Source: Octopus vulgaris
Lineage: Eukaryota
NCBI GenBank assembly: GCA_951406725.2
Contig: OX597821.1
Span: forward strand, 23,622,001 to 23,686,000
DNA length: 64,000 bases
Direction of reading: 5' to 3'
Both the position numbers and the translations under genes were made by a program. Positions 28,035 through 43,370 of this stretch are shown one piece after another. Each line of letters opens with the position of its first letter. Positions within the stretch are counted from its first letter, which is position 1. Below the pieces are notes generated by a model that ran no database searches, had not been told where the DNA came from, and saw nothing but the letters and a program-made list of their open reading frames with translations.

Positions 28035-28421
28035 TATATACATAATGCATACATACATGCATGTATACATACATACATACATACATACATACATACATAC
28101 ATACATACATACATACATACATACAAGTGGTAACCTTGGTGGAGGCCGGTTTAGAGAATGGAAAAAAAAAGGTAGATACAACTGTAATTACACCTGTTGA
28201 TATATGGCGGGATGGCGGCGAAGTTGGGTGGATGAACAGTTAGTTGTATGGATGATAGCAGGAACGGAAGAAAGGAAAACAGACAGAAAGATCGAAGGGG
28301 AAAATAAAGAAAACGAAGAAATCAATAAGTAAATGAAAAAAAAAGGAAGAAAGAAAAGTGGAAGAAAATCAAGAAAAGGAAAAAAAAGAATAATAGATAG
28401 AAATAGAGAATTGAAAGAACA

Positions 28422-28468
<47 letters not shown>

Positions 28469-28701
28469 TGAGAGAGAGGGGAAATGGTAGTAAGAATGAC
28501 AAGAAGAAAGAGAGAGAGAGAAAATAAAGCCACTGACCTGTTTTTTGAGTGTGTTTTAGTACAGATAGGAAAGAGTATGAGAGTAGGTAGGTGAGTGTCG
28601 AGAGTTGAAAGTGAGTGAAGTAGGAGAGGGGGAGGAAGAGAGAGAGAGAATTATACAAGGTGGCCCAAAAGTAGGTTTACAGCTATTCAACTGGCTCTTA
28701 A

Positions 28702-28932
28702 GGCGGCGAGCTGGCAGAGACGTTAGCACGACGGGCGAAATGCTTGAGCGGTATTTCGTCTGCCGTTACGTTCTGAGTTCAAATTCCGCCGAGGTCGACT
28801 TTGCCTTTCATCCTTTCGGGGTCGATAAATTAAGTACCAGTTACGCACTGGGGCCAATGTAATTGACTTGATCCGTTTGTCTATCCTTGTTTGTCCCCTC
28901 TATGTTTAGCCCCTTGAGGGCAGTAAAGAAAT
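28702..28932 (+). mobile_element. SINE family C, full length
   Basis: ggcggcgagctggcagagacgttagc..gagttcaaattcc (B box)..gtcgactttgcctttcatcctttcggggtcgataaa..gtaaagaaat. Confidence 0.9.
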
Positions 28933-28950
28933 ATATATTAAGTTTAGTGA

Positions 28951-29270
28951 AAGCGCGTGGCTTAGTAGTTTGAGCGTTCGGCTCACGATCGTATGGTCGT
29001 GAGTTCAATTCCCGGCGATGTGTTCTGTCCTTGAGCAAGACACTTTATTTCACGTTGCTCCAGTCCACTCAGCTGGCAAAAATGAGTAGTGCGTGTATTT
29101 CAAAAAAGGCCAGCCTTGTCACACTCTGTGTCATGCTGAATCTCCCCAAGAACTACGTTAAGGGTACACGTTTCTGTCGAGTGCTCAGCCACTTGCACGT
29201 TAATTTCACAAGCGGACTGCTCAGTTGATCGGATCAACTGGGACCCTCGTCGTCGAACAGACGGGGTGTC
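28951..29270 (+). mobile_element. tRNA-derived SINE with gtccttgagcaagacact box and family B core
   Basis: gcgcgtggcttagtag..gagttcaattcccgg head; core shared with 18993 copy. Confidence 0.85.
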
Positions 29271-29698
29271 ATGATTAACAGTTTATATTTTAATTATAAA
29301 AAAAATATGAAACCATTATTCTATGCTAATTTAGTTAATTTTGTAAAGCTCCCTTTTCAGTTTCTAAGATAGAAATTTAAATGTAATAAAATGTTTTAAA
29401 AGAATTTTAAAGTGCCTACGTGATAACTATAAACCTACATTTGGGCCAACCTGTATGTGTACATATGTGTGTGTGTGTGTTTATTCTTTTGTTTTACTTA
29501 TCTCAATCATTTGACTGCGGCCGTGCTGGTGCACCGCCTTGAAAGCGTTTTAGTCGAATAGATCGACTCCCCCCGGACTTATTTTTTGTAAGCCTAGTAA
29601 TAATTCTATCGGTTTTTTTAGCCGAACCGCTAAGTTACGGGTACATGAACACACCAGCATTGGTTGTCAAGCAATGACGACAAGACAAACATAGAACT

Positions 29699-29729
<31 letters not shown>

Positions 29730-29924
29730 ATTCTTTTATTCTTTTTCTTGTTTCAGCACCACCTTTTGACCAAGAAATCGACTCCAGGACTTATTCCTTT
29801 TAAACCTAGTTCTTTTGCCGAACCGCTAAGTTACGGGGACATAAACATACCAACATTGGTTGTCAAGCGATGGTGGGAGGACAAACACAGACACAAACAT
29901 ATACATATTTATACATATATACAT

Positions 29925-30195
29925 AGGGTATCATTGGACTTCGAAGATCTGTCCATCTGTTCACTCTATGTTGACTGCTGAAGAAGATTTTATTCGTGTG
30001 AGAAGATCGCATGAAGAGCAAAAAAGTAACTTAATACAAGTTACATTCTTCGTTTTTGTATCTGGTTTGCAAGATCTTTGATGTGAACTACTGTCTTGAA
30101 ACGGACAGATCTGAAGTCAGCCTGGAGTTGGGAAAGCGTGTCCATAGAAGAGGCCGCGAATGGCAACTATATGACCTTGGAAAACACAACTGACT
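29925..30195 (-). pseudogene. Probable RTE-like LINE 3' fragment
   Basis: Minus strand GHIV..LFYG..RFK..; heavily decayed. Confidence 0.4.
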
Positions 30196-30374
30196 ATTTG
30201 GTTAGTCGAAACACTTGTTTTCAGTCAGTTAATTGAATTATCGAACAGTATTTCACGTTCAGCTGAGTTACGGGGACGTAAACAAACCTAAAGCGCTTGC
30301 CACGCGATGAGACAAATGCAATATATATATATATATACATATATATGAGAGAGAGGGGGGGAGAAAGAGATACA

Positions 30375-30609
<235 letters not shown>

Positions 30610-31105
30610 CAACGTATGTGTATGCGTGAGAGCGTAAAATCGGCTTCTGCACAGTTTTCGTATTCCACATTCGTTTACAAGGAATTGCCCGGTGGTGGGA
30701 TTGGACCTGAAACCATGTGGCTATAAAACCAATTCCTTAACCATAATACCCATGCCTGCTTCTATTTTTATGAATGTCTAAATTTAAAGATTTAAAATTA
30801 ATCTCGGTACAAATGTACTTATACTGGTGCACACGTACCGGCAATTTGATTCCTAGTGCTGAAAAAGCTCCCCAATCATAGTGCTAAGTCATATTTGTAG
30901 GGCTTGGAACAACAATACTCTTGGGTGCACTTTTGAGTGCACTTACAGGGTTAATGAGTGCAATGAATTAGCATATTAAATATAGTTATTATGAAGGGTA
31001 GACTTTTCTTATAATATATTCTACACACTCGTGTACACAAACGCACACACACACTCACGCACACACTCACACACATACACACATATTATATGTACTCACA
31101 TATAA

Positions 31106-31140
<35 letters not shown>

Positions 31141-31883
31141 ACATGTATAAACGCATATATATAGAAATATATATATATGCACATAAATATATATACTCCC
31201 CCATCACCACCCATAAATATGTATATATTTATATACAGACATATATATATAAATATATATGTACATATGTCTGATGTTAAACATCAGACATATATATGCA
31301 CACAAAATATACATATGCATAGATGCACATACATAATCATACTTAAGTATGTATATGTGTGTGCGTGTGCTGTGTGTGTGTTGTGCATGTGTGTGTCTGT
31401 GTGTGTACACATTCATACATACATGCAAATATATATATATATGCATTAAACATTCATACGAAACTGCACAGATGCGTTAACACCTACGCATATATATATA
31501 TATGTATATATATATATATGTGTGTGTGTGTATATGTATATATACGTATATATGTATATATATATATATATATATACATACATATGTATATATGTATATA
31601 TATGTATACATGTATGTATGTATGTATGTATGTATGTATGTATGTATGTATGTATATATACATACATACATAATAAATACACGCATGTTTTTCGCATAAT
31701 TATTTTTTTGTTTAATTAACAAAGCAAAACTTAAATTCTTTGAGGATAAATATTAATCACACTTTTCTAGTGTTCTAATATATATATACAACATTTATTG
31801 AAAACCTGCGGCGAGGCAGATAAACACAAGCGAGAGCACACTCACACACACAAACACTGCCCCCATAGATACTTATTCGATAA

Positions 31884-32011
31884 CTAGCAGTATAACCCAG
31901 CCTTGCCCGGGATTAAGTTACGATTATTAAGCTAATCAAGTTCTTTACTTCAAACCAAACTAAGTAATATAGACGTCAAATTCGGGCGAAATCCGTTGAA
32001 ATTAGTTATAT

Positions 32012-32043
<32 letters not shown>

Positions 32044-32634
32044 TATATATATATAATATAATATAAATATATATGGGCAACAGACACGATCACACATACA
32101 CACACGTACGTACACCTATTGCATTTTTTGTGCACGCATACATGTTCATAAACAGAAATGAATGGAAAAAATGTTGTTAAATTTGTAGATTAACACTCGC
32201 ACGATTTTCCCTAAAGTATATATATTATGATTATAAAATATAGTGTCTTTCAAAAACAAAAAACAAAACATTTTACATTTTATTTTTTATGAACGTCATA
32301 ACTTACTCTCTCTGTCTCTCCCTCTTTCACTTTGTCTTTCCTGTGAAACTCTCTGCCTCCTTCTTCCACTTTTCTCTATCTTTTTTTTTTCTGTTAGACG
32401 TCATCAAAAAAGCCAATGCTGATATTTTCGTGGCTAAAAGCTATGTCAGAAAATAGATATTTACGCTACCCACGGGTGCCTCGGGGAAAAAAATAAGTTG
32501 ACAAAACCCAGATAGGATGTTGACAAATGTCCTCCTAAAATTTGAGCGACATGCGTGCTAATTTGTGGACGTGCATAAATTACAATCACGTACACACACA
32601 CACACACACGCACAAACATCCTCCCTTTTATAGA
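31884..32634 (-). mobile_element. Non-autonomous Helitron
   Basis: Minus strand starts a|TCtataaaagggaggatgtttgtg and ends cccgggcaaggctgggttatactgCTAG|t. Confidence 0.7.
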
Positions 32635-33581
32635 TATGATGTGTGATATGCCGAGAAAGCTTTAAATTCTTCGCGCACACGCACATACAACCACACACAC
32701 ACACAGAGTCACACTCACTCACACACACATACATGCCATAACATGCATGCATGGATGCTAAATATGCATAATTATTCACCGTGCACGACGCGCATACGCA
32801 CGCACACACACACACACACATGTGTTCTTCTGTTTTTAATTATTTCAAATTTTTATCTGAGGAAGGAACTAGCTTCTAACAGAGATACAACGCTTCCTTG
32901 TTAGATGTAAATAACAAACAGGAATTAGCATTTTAAACTTGAGAAAAGCCTCGCATATTTTTACTGTTTCACTTAAAGATAATATTTGTAATGTACGAAT
33001 TAACTAGTTGATTTATTTTTCTAAAAACCCTAGCATATGCAGCTTGTGTAAATGTACGTATGTTTGCTCGTTTGTATGAATGTGTCCATATATACTTTCG
33101 TATGTACGTACGTACGTATGTATGTATGTATGTATGTATGTATGTATGTATGTATGTATGTATGTATGTATGTATGTATGTATGTATGTATGTATGTATG
33201 CATGTATGTATGTATGTATATATCATCGTGTGTAATATAGACTTAAAAGAAAGGATTATAGACTTAAAAGAAAGGATTATAGAAAACTGATGATTGTGCA
33301 TATTTCATATGAAACGTTCAGATCTCAAATTGTCTTAAGGATATTTAATATAATATCTTACTATATAATTATATTGTTGTCAACATATTTAAATGTGTAA
33401 CTGAATAAAACCATTGAAATATTTGTATCTCAAAATACCCCCCACCTCGATATCGGTTATTGGGACATAGACAATTACATACCAATTTAAATTGTATATA
33501 ATACAAATTTTAATGCATTTTAATACATTTTGACACACACGCACACACACAGAGACAGAGACACAGACAGACAGACAGACA

Positions 33582-33630
<49 letters not shown>

Positions 33631-33633
<3 letters not shown>

Positions 33634-33963
33634 GTAAAGGGTAAAGATCCCTTTCGGTCACAAATAACCATGGGATTTCATTTATAAAGTTTCGTTCGAA
33701 GGCGCAAGTCTGGACAATGTTGTTTGTGGAAGGTCAGTAGTCAGCCATGCATGCCAGCCTTCCCTCTCCGCGCCAACGAAAGGCCAAAGGCCAATACAGC
33801 TTGGCAACAGTGACTTCACAACTCATTTCTACAACTAAGTAAACCAGATAGAGCAATGAAACGAAGTGTCTTGCTCAAAACACAACACACAGCTCGGTCC
33901 GGGAATACGAACTCATAACCTCACGATTGTAAACCCGACGCTCTAAGCACTGAACTATGCGCC
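33631..33963 (-). mobile_element. tRNA-derived SINE with (TTTACC)n-like tail
   Basis: ggcgcatagttcagtg..gagttcgtattcccgg head and ttgagcaagacactt box on minus strand. Confidence 0.75.
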
Positions 33964-33993
33964 TTAATTTATATACATACACATATATATATA

Positions 33994-34388
33994 TCTTTAT
34001 ATATAAAAGTGAAGTTGTGTGTCTGTCTCCTACGATTTAGATTCCTAACTACTCCCACATTTTGCGGTGCAGTGTAACCAAAAGCGGGTATCTTATAGTT
34101 GTGATTCATATCGAGCCCTTCTGGGTATTAGCGCGCGTCTACGATGAGTCTACGATTTAAAAAATAATTTACCATAATTTTTTTCCATTTTAATGCATTT
34201 TTTCGCTATTATATAACGGAAGTAACTCTCTAAAAATGTCTACGATGAGTCAACGATTTAAAAAAAAATTACCATCATTTTTTTTCCATTTTTAATGCAT
34301 TTTTTTGCTATTTTTTGGCTATAACTCTCTAAAAATGCTTATATTTATTTCCCTTACAAACCCGAGCAACGCCGGGCGATACTGCTAG
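33994..34388 (+). mobile_element. Complete non-autonomous Helitron
   Basis: 5' TC, 3' hairpin cccgagcaacgccggg, terminal CTAG, inserted between A and T with no TSD. Confidence 0.92.
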
Positions 34389-34655
34389 TATATATATATA
34401 TATATATATATATATACGTGTGTGTGTGTGTCTGTGTGTTTGTGTGTACGTGTGTATTTGTAATATATCTACATATCTATTTTGTATATCTATCTATCTA
34501 TCCACCTTTCTTGCCATCCGTCCATCCATCCGTCCGACCGTGCATCAGTCCGTCCGTCTATCTATCTGTCTGTCTGTCTGTCTGTCTATCTGTCTGTCTA
34601 CATCACTAAATAATTTAATTTATACTGTATTAAGGACGACTCTATGGTTTTGTTT

Positions 34656-35037
34656 GTGGAGGCGCAATAGCCAAGTGGTTAGGGCAGCAGAGTCGTAGGA
34701 TCACGGTTTCGATTCCCAGACTGGGCGTTGAGTGTTTATTGAGCGAAAACACTTCAAGTTCCACGAGGCTCCGGCAGGGGATGGTGGCGAACCCTGCTGT
34801 ACTTTTTTCACCGCAACTTTCTCTCACTCTTTCTTCCTGTTTCTGTTGTACCTGTATATCAAAAAGCCTGCCTTGCCGCACTCTGTGTCACGCTGAATCT
34901 CCCCGAGAACTACGTTAAGGGTACACATGTCTATGGAGTGCTCAGCCACTTGCACGTTAATTTCACGAGCAGGCTGTTCCGTTGATCGGATCAACTGGGA
35001 CCCTCGTCGTCGTAACCGACGGAGTGCCACGATGACG
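34656..35037 (+). mobile_element. Full-length SINE family B
   Basis: tRNA-like head; flanks atggttttgttt and atggtttagttt (TSD with one mismatch). Confidence 0.9.
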
Positions 35038-35278
35038 ATGGTTTAGTTTAGTAAATGCCATCAACATCTTCACCAATATTACTATCTGCACCACCACCAC
35101 CACCACCACCACTACCATGTGTTATGCGTTATGTTTCAGTGCAACATTTTACACGAGGATGCCTAAAGACAGGGGCTAGAGGAATTAGTAGAGCTCCTAG
35201 CAAAATGATAGTTGCTACATTTTAAATTGAAATCCTGCCGAAGTCAGCTTGGCATTTCATTGTACCAGGTTAGATAAA

Positions 35279-35676
35279 TCTTTATATATAAAAGTGAAGT
35301 TGTGTGTCTGTCTCCTACGATTTAGATTCCTAACTACTCCCACATTTTGCGATGCAGTTTAACCAAAACCGGGTATCTTATAGTCGTGATTTATATCGAG
35401 CCCTTCTGGGTATTAGCGCGCGTCTACGATGAGTCTACGATTTAAAAAATAATTTACCATAATTTTTTTCCATTTTAATGCATTTTTTCGCTATTATATA
35501 AGGGAAGCAACTCTCTAAAAATGTCTACGATGAGTCAACGATTTAAAAAAAAATCTACCATCATTTTTTTTTCATTTTTAATGCATTTTTTTGCTATTTT
35601 TTGGCTATAACTCTCTAAAAATGCTTATATAGTTATTTTCCTTACAAACCCGAGCAACGCCGGGCGATACTGCTAG
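35279..35676 (+). mobile_element. Complete non-autonomous Helitron, second copy
   Basis: Near-identical to 33994-34388; A|TC...CTAG|T. Confidence 0.92.
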
Positions 35677-35909
35677 TAAATAGTAAAACCCAATTGAAAC
35701 AGATTTATGCTTCAAAGACTTTCCAATCATCACCACCTTCGCCCTGTGTTCATCGCTAAACATATTGTCTTGTCTGTACTACCTTATGATTTAAGGGAAT
35801 TTAGCTGCTATGCTTGACATGTCATATGACTACTTGGATGGATTCGAACGCAGTACACCCTCCTACAAACCTATTACTCTAAAGCTATTATGCAATTTTT
35901 CAGAATATA

Positions 35910-36199
35910 TATTGTTGTTGCAGTTGTTGTTGTTGTTGTCGTCAGAGGTGGTTGTGTTGGTAGTGTAGTGTGGTGGAGGCGGGGCTGCTGGTAGTGGTGG
36001 TGGTGGTGGTGGTGGTGGTTGTGGTGGCGCAGGTGGTGGTGAGGCAGGTGGTGATCGTGCAGGTTGAAGTGGTGGTGGTGATGATGGTGGTGCGTTACTG
36101 GTGAATGTGTTGGTGATGGTAACGGTGGTGGTGGTGGTGGTGGTGGTGGCGGCGGCGGCGGCGGTTGTGATGATGATGGTAATCGTAGTGTTGTTGTTT

Positions 36200-36243
<44 letters not shown>

Positions 36244-36407
36244 GTTGTCTTGCCCTTGTTTACCTTTACGTCTTTTAAGCTAATTTGACACTTCGGAGAT
36301 ATAAGAACCAAAATACCTTCACTATATGCATCACAGGAAGTGACCTTTCACACGTTGTGTCACAGCAGCTTTGCACTCGTTCACCGAAAACCACCACCAC
36401 CACCACC

Positions 36408-36487
<80 letters not shown>

Positions 36488-36500
36488 TGCTGCTACTACA

Positions 36501-36580
<80 letters not shown>
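35910..36580. repeat. Trinucleotide microsatellite clusters (GTG, GCT, ACC, ACT, AAT, ATT)
   Basis: Direct reading; blocks at 35910-36245 and 36390-36580. Confidence 0.95.
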
Positions 36581-36581
<1 letters not shown>

Positions 36582-37081
36582 CCTTTCTATTAAAGGCACA
36601 AGGCGTGAAATTTTTTTTTTGGGGGGTGGGTGAGGACTAGTCGGTTACATCGGACTCCAGTAATCATCTAGTATTTATTTCATCGGGCTCGAAATGACGA
36701 AAGGCAAAGTCGACCTCGGCAGAATTTGAACTTAGAAGTCGGACGAAATAGTGCTAAGCACTTTGCCCAACGTGCTAACGATTCTGCCAGTTCGCAGCAG
36801 CCTTACTACCACGTGGCTTCTTAACGACTCACGGGTAACACGTGGGTATATTATTTTTGAATACAAATACATCGTGAAAAGCAAATTTACTACGGTATTT
36901 GCCTGTAAATATCTTTTATGAACGTTCTACGTTTAAAAATACAATATATATATCGGGGGGAGACGAAAATCATTATAACAGAGGATAGTGAGAACGCTAC
37001 CTGCATTTCTGTGTCGTTGAGCGTTATCAGTAACATGTACTCACAGCTAACCACGTACTTAGACTAAATTAGTATATGTAT

Positions 37082-37239
37082 TACTCTTTTACTCTTTTAC
37101 TTGTTTCAGTCATTTGACTGCGGCCATGCTGGAGCACCGCCTTTGTAAGCCCAGTACTTATTCTATCAGAATCTTTTGCCGAACCGCTAAGTGACGGGGA
37201 CGTAAACACACCAGCATCGGTTGTCAAGCAATGCTAAGG

Positions 37240-37276
<37 letters not shown>

Positions 37277-37454
37277 CATATATACGACAGGCTTCTTTCA
37301 ATTTCCGTCTACCAAATATATTCAATTTCCGTCTACCATTGGTCGGCCCGGGGCTATAGCAGAAGACACTTGCCCAAGATGCCTCGCAGTGGGACTGAAC
37401 CCGGAACCATGTGGTTGGTTAGCAAGCTACTTACCACACAGCCACTCCTGCGCC
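37082..37454 (-). mobile_element. SINE family A with small deletion and duplication
   Basis: Reverse complement of family A. Confidence 0.9.
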
Positions 37455-38496
37455 TACGTATGTATATATTTGTATAATGTATTGTAAATTCGTATATGTA
37501 AGCGCAAGCGTGACAAACCACATAGTTCCGGGTTCAGTCACCACTACGTGGCACCTTGGGCAAGTGTTTTCTACTCTAACTCTGGGCCAACCAAAAGATT
37601 GTGAGTGGATTTGGTGGATGGAAATTCATCGTGTATGTGTGTGTGTGTGCGTATGTATGTATGTATGTATGTGTGTATGTATGTTTGTATGTATGTATGT
37701 ATGTATGTATGTATGTATGTATGTATGTATGTATGTATGCATATATTTATATATTATTCATATCATTATATGATCGAACACCACGCATCCTTTTCCAAGT
37801 AAGTTTTATCTTAATAATCATGATGCGCACTCTTCTATCTCTATTATCTCTTCTCCGTCTCTCTCTCTCCCTCTCTTGTTCTTCATCCTTTCTGGTTTTC
37901 TCTCCCACCCTTCCCTATTCTTCTCCTCTCCTCTTCACCGTTCCCTCTCTCTTACTCCTCCTCCTCCTCCTCCTCCTCCACGAATCTCTCGTCATTGACA
38001 CGTGATCAGAGGGAAGCCATCTTTCCAATTGCTATCTTCACCAAGAACAGACCAGCTTATCCTGTCTCTTTCATAAGCTGTTTCCTTAAGCGTTCACAAT
38101 AATTTTTTAAACCTAAAAACTAGAGCCAGCACTTAGAGTTACGACGTTTTGTCTATGTAAACAATGTGATCGATAACATAAAAATGGGTAACGGGTGTAC
38201 ATGCATCTTTCTGGAGTTCTTGCTTCTTCTTTAGCACCACATTCAACCCATTGACCAGCCACGAACTCATTGCTTCAACAGCCACCAGATTTAGTGATAT
38301 CACAACTGGATATACATAATATGTAAAATATACATATTTTACATATTAAACACATTCCTGGTCACATATATGTACGTATTATTATAACTACAAAGTATAT
38401 TAAAGGTTCATTAGTCAACAGAGTGTCCAACCTGTGTTAGCAGTGCTATTCAATCACTTTTTAAAGTTGTCTTTACATATTTCTACAGAAAACCAA

Positions 38497-38907
38497 GGCG
38501 TAGGAGTGGCTGCGTGGTAAGTGACTTGCTTACTAACCACATGGTTCCGGGTTCAGTCCGACTGCGTGGTACCTTGGGCAAGTGTCTTCTACTATAGCCT
38601 CGGGCCGACCAAAGCCTTGTGAGTGGATTTGGTAGATGGAAACTGAAAAGAAGCCCGTCGTATATATGTATATATATATATATATATCTATGCATGTGTG
38701 TGTTTGTGTGTCTGTGTTTGTCCCCCTAGCATTGCTTGACAACCGATGCTGGTGTGTTTATGTCCCCATTACTTAGCGGTTCGGCAAAAAGAGACCGATA
38801 GAATATGTACTGGGCTTACAAAAGAATAAGTCCCGGGGTCGAGTTGCTCGATTAAAGGCGGTGCTCCAGCATGGCCGCACTCAAATGATTGAAACAAGTA
38901 AAAGAGT
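38497..38907 (+). mobile_element. SINE family A, full length
   Basis: ggcgtaggagtggc... to gaaacaagtaaaagag; a diverged copy follows at 38996-39431. Confidence 0.93.
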
Positions 38908-39116
38908 GTATTAACCAAGAGCGCGTATATATATGATGTTGGACATTAAGTTTCTTTGTAATTTATACCGATTATAACAATAAATATATATGTCCCCACG
39001 GTTCCGTATTCAGTTCCTCTGCATGGCACCTTCTGCAAATGCCTTCTGCTATAGCCTCGGGCCAACCAAAGCTTTGTGAGTGGATTTGGTGGACGGAAAC
39101 TGAAAGAGGCACATCG

Positions 39117-39192
<76 letters not shown>

Positions 39193-39486
39193 CATGTATG
39201 TATATATCTATCTGTGTCTGTGTTTGTCTCAAACCCTGCTTGATAACTAGTATTGGTATATTTACGTCCCTGTAATCTAGCGGTTCGACAAAAGTGACTG
39301 ATCGAATAAATACTAGGCTTAGAGATTAAGTTCTGGTATCGATTTGTTCGACTAAAACCCTTCAAGGTGGTGCTCCAGCATAGCCACACTCAAACGACTT
39401 AAACAAGTAAAAGAATAAGAGAATAAAAGAATACTCATTCACTGATTTCTATTTACCTTGTTTCTTCTATTGTGTGTGTGTGTGTG

Positions 39487-39517
<31 letters not shown>

Positions 39518-39522
39518 CATTA

Positions 39523-40345
<823 letters not shown>

Positions 40346-40651
40346 TTCAATATTATTTCTAGATTTCTAGCCTAGAGAGAAAGGGCCGGTTTCTAACATA
40401 GCTCCAAGCTCCTTCATTGGAATTTCAACTACATCAACAGGATATTTTTGCATACATATGTGTGCATATATGTTTTATATAAATAAAACATATATACACA
40501 CATACATGCAAAAATACCCTGTTGATGTAGTTGAAATATGTATGTATGTATATACAATATATAATACATGTATGTATGTTTGCCTGTATATATGTATAAT
40601 ATGCATATGTATGTTTGCATGTGTATATGTATGTATGTATGTATAGACAGC

Positions 40652-40682
<31 letters not shown>

Positions 40683-40740
40683 TTAGGTAGATAGATATAT
40701 GGATGGATGGAATATATGTTTATACTACTAATGCGTGTGC

Positions 40741-40785
<45 letters not shown>

Positions 40786-41003
40786 TATATGTGTATATAT
40801 ATATATGTATATATATACATACATATATGTGAATGCATGCTTGTGTGTATATGTGCATATGTTTGCGTATTTAAGCCTGTGTATGCATGTATGCATATAT
40901 TTTGCCATATATGTACATGTATATATGTGTGTGTGTCTATACTGAAAGGTGTAGGTGTGCGTGTAACCTATAAATGCTGCTCTGTATACTCATATTTGGA
41001 TGT

Positions 41004-41230
41004 ATACTCTTTTACTCTTTTACTTGTTTCAGTCATTTGACTGCGGCCATGCTGGAGCACCGCCTTTAATTGAGCAACTCGGCCCTGAGACTTATTCTTT
41101 TGTAAGCCCAGTACTTATTCTATCGGTCTCTTTTGTCGAACCGCTAAGTAACGGGGACATAAACACACCAGCATCGGTTGTCAAGCAATGCTAGGGGGAC
41201 AAACACAGACACACAAACACACACACATAC

Positions 41231-41266
<36 letters not shown>

Positions 41267-41421
41267 GACAGGCTTCTTTCAGTTTCCGTCTACCAAATCC
41301 ACTCATTGGTCGGCCCGAGGCTATAGTAGAAAACACTTGCCCAAGGTGCCATGCAGTGGGACTGAACCCGGAACCATGTGGCTGGCTAGCAAGCTACTTA
41401 CCACACAGCCACTCCTGCGCC
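41004..41421 (-). mobile_element. SINE family A, full length
   Basis: Reverse complement of family A. Confidence 0.92.
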
Positions 41422-42174
41422 TATGTGTCTTTCTCATAAAAATATATTTTATTTACTTTTCCAAGGACGTGCTTGTCATTACTTTCTCCCTAATAGTTGT
41501 TGCTGACCTTATATGTGTATATATATAGTGTATATATATATATATGAATGTATGACTATATAATACATTTATACACACACACACACACATACACACACAC
41601 ACACACACACACATACACATATTCATTAGCATCTACCTCTCTATACATACATATTTGTATAATATGTATATACTTATGCCCATAACATATAAATATATGT
41701 ACATATATATATATAAGCACACACACTGTTTGTGTAGGTATATACTATGTGTATATGAGTCTGTATCTTCTCTGTGTGTGTGCGCGCGCGCGTGTGTGTG
41801 TGTTTGTATGTGTGTGTGTGTGTGTGTGTGTGTATGTTTAAAAATATATGTCAGTTGATATATCTCTTTCCTGTCGTGTAGGCAGTAACTGCTGCACAGA
41901 GGGGACAGATGCAATACGACACTGTTGCACATTGTTGCATATATAGAGAATAAGCGTTCCTAGCATAACGGTCAAAGTGTTGCGCAGTGGAACCATTGTC
42001 ATAGATGTCTGGATATGTGTATTGTTTCAATTATAGAGCGTGGGTGCTGTTAGTGGTAGCAGCGATGAAGGTGAGCAGCTGTTGTAGGTGTTTGTAATAC
42101 GGCTACTAATACTGTGTTTGTATGTATACACACACACACACACACACACACAATTCTGTTGCCTCTGCTAGATA

Positions 42175-43370
42175 ATGTATGTATGTTATTAGTCAGTTTA
42201 TTACAAAATGTCTTGCCAACACTGAAAGAACTGGTTTCTAACCTAGATGCAAGGTTCCTTCATTGGAATTTCAACATCAACAACAGAGTAATTTTGTATG
42301 TATGTATGAATGTATGTATGTATGTATGTATGCATGCATGCATGCATGTATGTATGTATGTATGTATGTATGTATGTATGTTTGTATGTATGTATGTATG
42401 TATGTATGTATGTATGTATGTATGTATGTATGTATGCATGCATGCATGTATGCATGCATGTATGTATGTATGTATGTATGTATGTATGTATGTATGTATG
42501 TATGTATGTATGTATGTATGTATGTATGTGCAGATTTGTACGTTTTATGTATGTATTCTCATGCATATAGTTACATGATAAACTTCTGGAAAGTTTTACA
42601 GGTTTTTACAGTTTCAGTGATGGAATGGGTATGTAGCCTTCGAATTAGCTTTATCCTTTCTGGTTTTGAGAAGCTTAATTTCTCAAGATTGGTATTTAGG
42701 CAGTGTGTTACATATCCCTTGGTCCCCAATAATTACAGGTACAATCCTGAATTTATAATCTAGAGTAATTGCCGATTTCTCAATAGTTCAGCATAGGTGT
42801 TCTCTTTTTCACTGATCTTCAGCTTTATGTTAACATTTGCTGGACAACTAATTTCCACAACTGTGCACAGTTTATCTTCTCTTACCCCAAATCATCATAT
42901 TAGGTCTGCTGTGCTTACATTTTATTGAGGTCTTCATTAGTACATTCCACCAATATTCCTTTTAATTATGAGTGGCTATGGTCTTTACCATTGTGGGTTC
43001 TTATTTCTTTGTCCTCGGGATTATCCTTCCGACAGATTTCATTATAGAGTGTCCTAGCTACAACGTCATGTCTCATCGGTAGATAATATCGTGATGACAT
43101 TTTTGGACAACGGCTTATGATGTGGGTGATATCTTCAGTGTGAACTCCACAAAGTCTGCATCGGTTGACACATTTTACGGCTTTTCCTGCATCTCTATTC
43201 CTTTTTGCATCAGGTATTTGGTTGATATTTCCTTTTCTTGGATTGCAAACATATACGCCTTCAAAGTGTCTGGTAGTAATCCGGCTACTGGTCAATGATA
43301 AACTGCTTTCATGATCGATGTTACTATTATTACGGAGCTTTCTACTAACATATCTTCTGACTAATATGAG
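42175..43370 (-). pseudogene. R4/Dong-like LINE 3' part: CCHC knuckle, restriction-like endonuclease, 3'UTR containing (TACA)n
   Basis: CRLCGVHTEDITHIISRCPKMSSRYYLPMRHDVVARTLY; KCKHSRP..MIW..CTVVEISCP; ends CKTFQKFIM*. Confidence 0.88.

Larger units (their letters stand above)
28656..29453. mobile_element. Tc1/mariner MITE with two nested SINEs
   Basis: ta|caaggtggcccaaaagtaggtttacag ... ctataaacctacatttgggccaacctg|ta; TA flanks. Confidence 0.85.
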
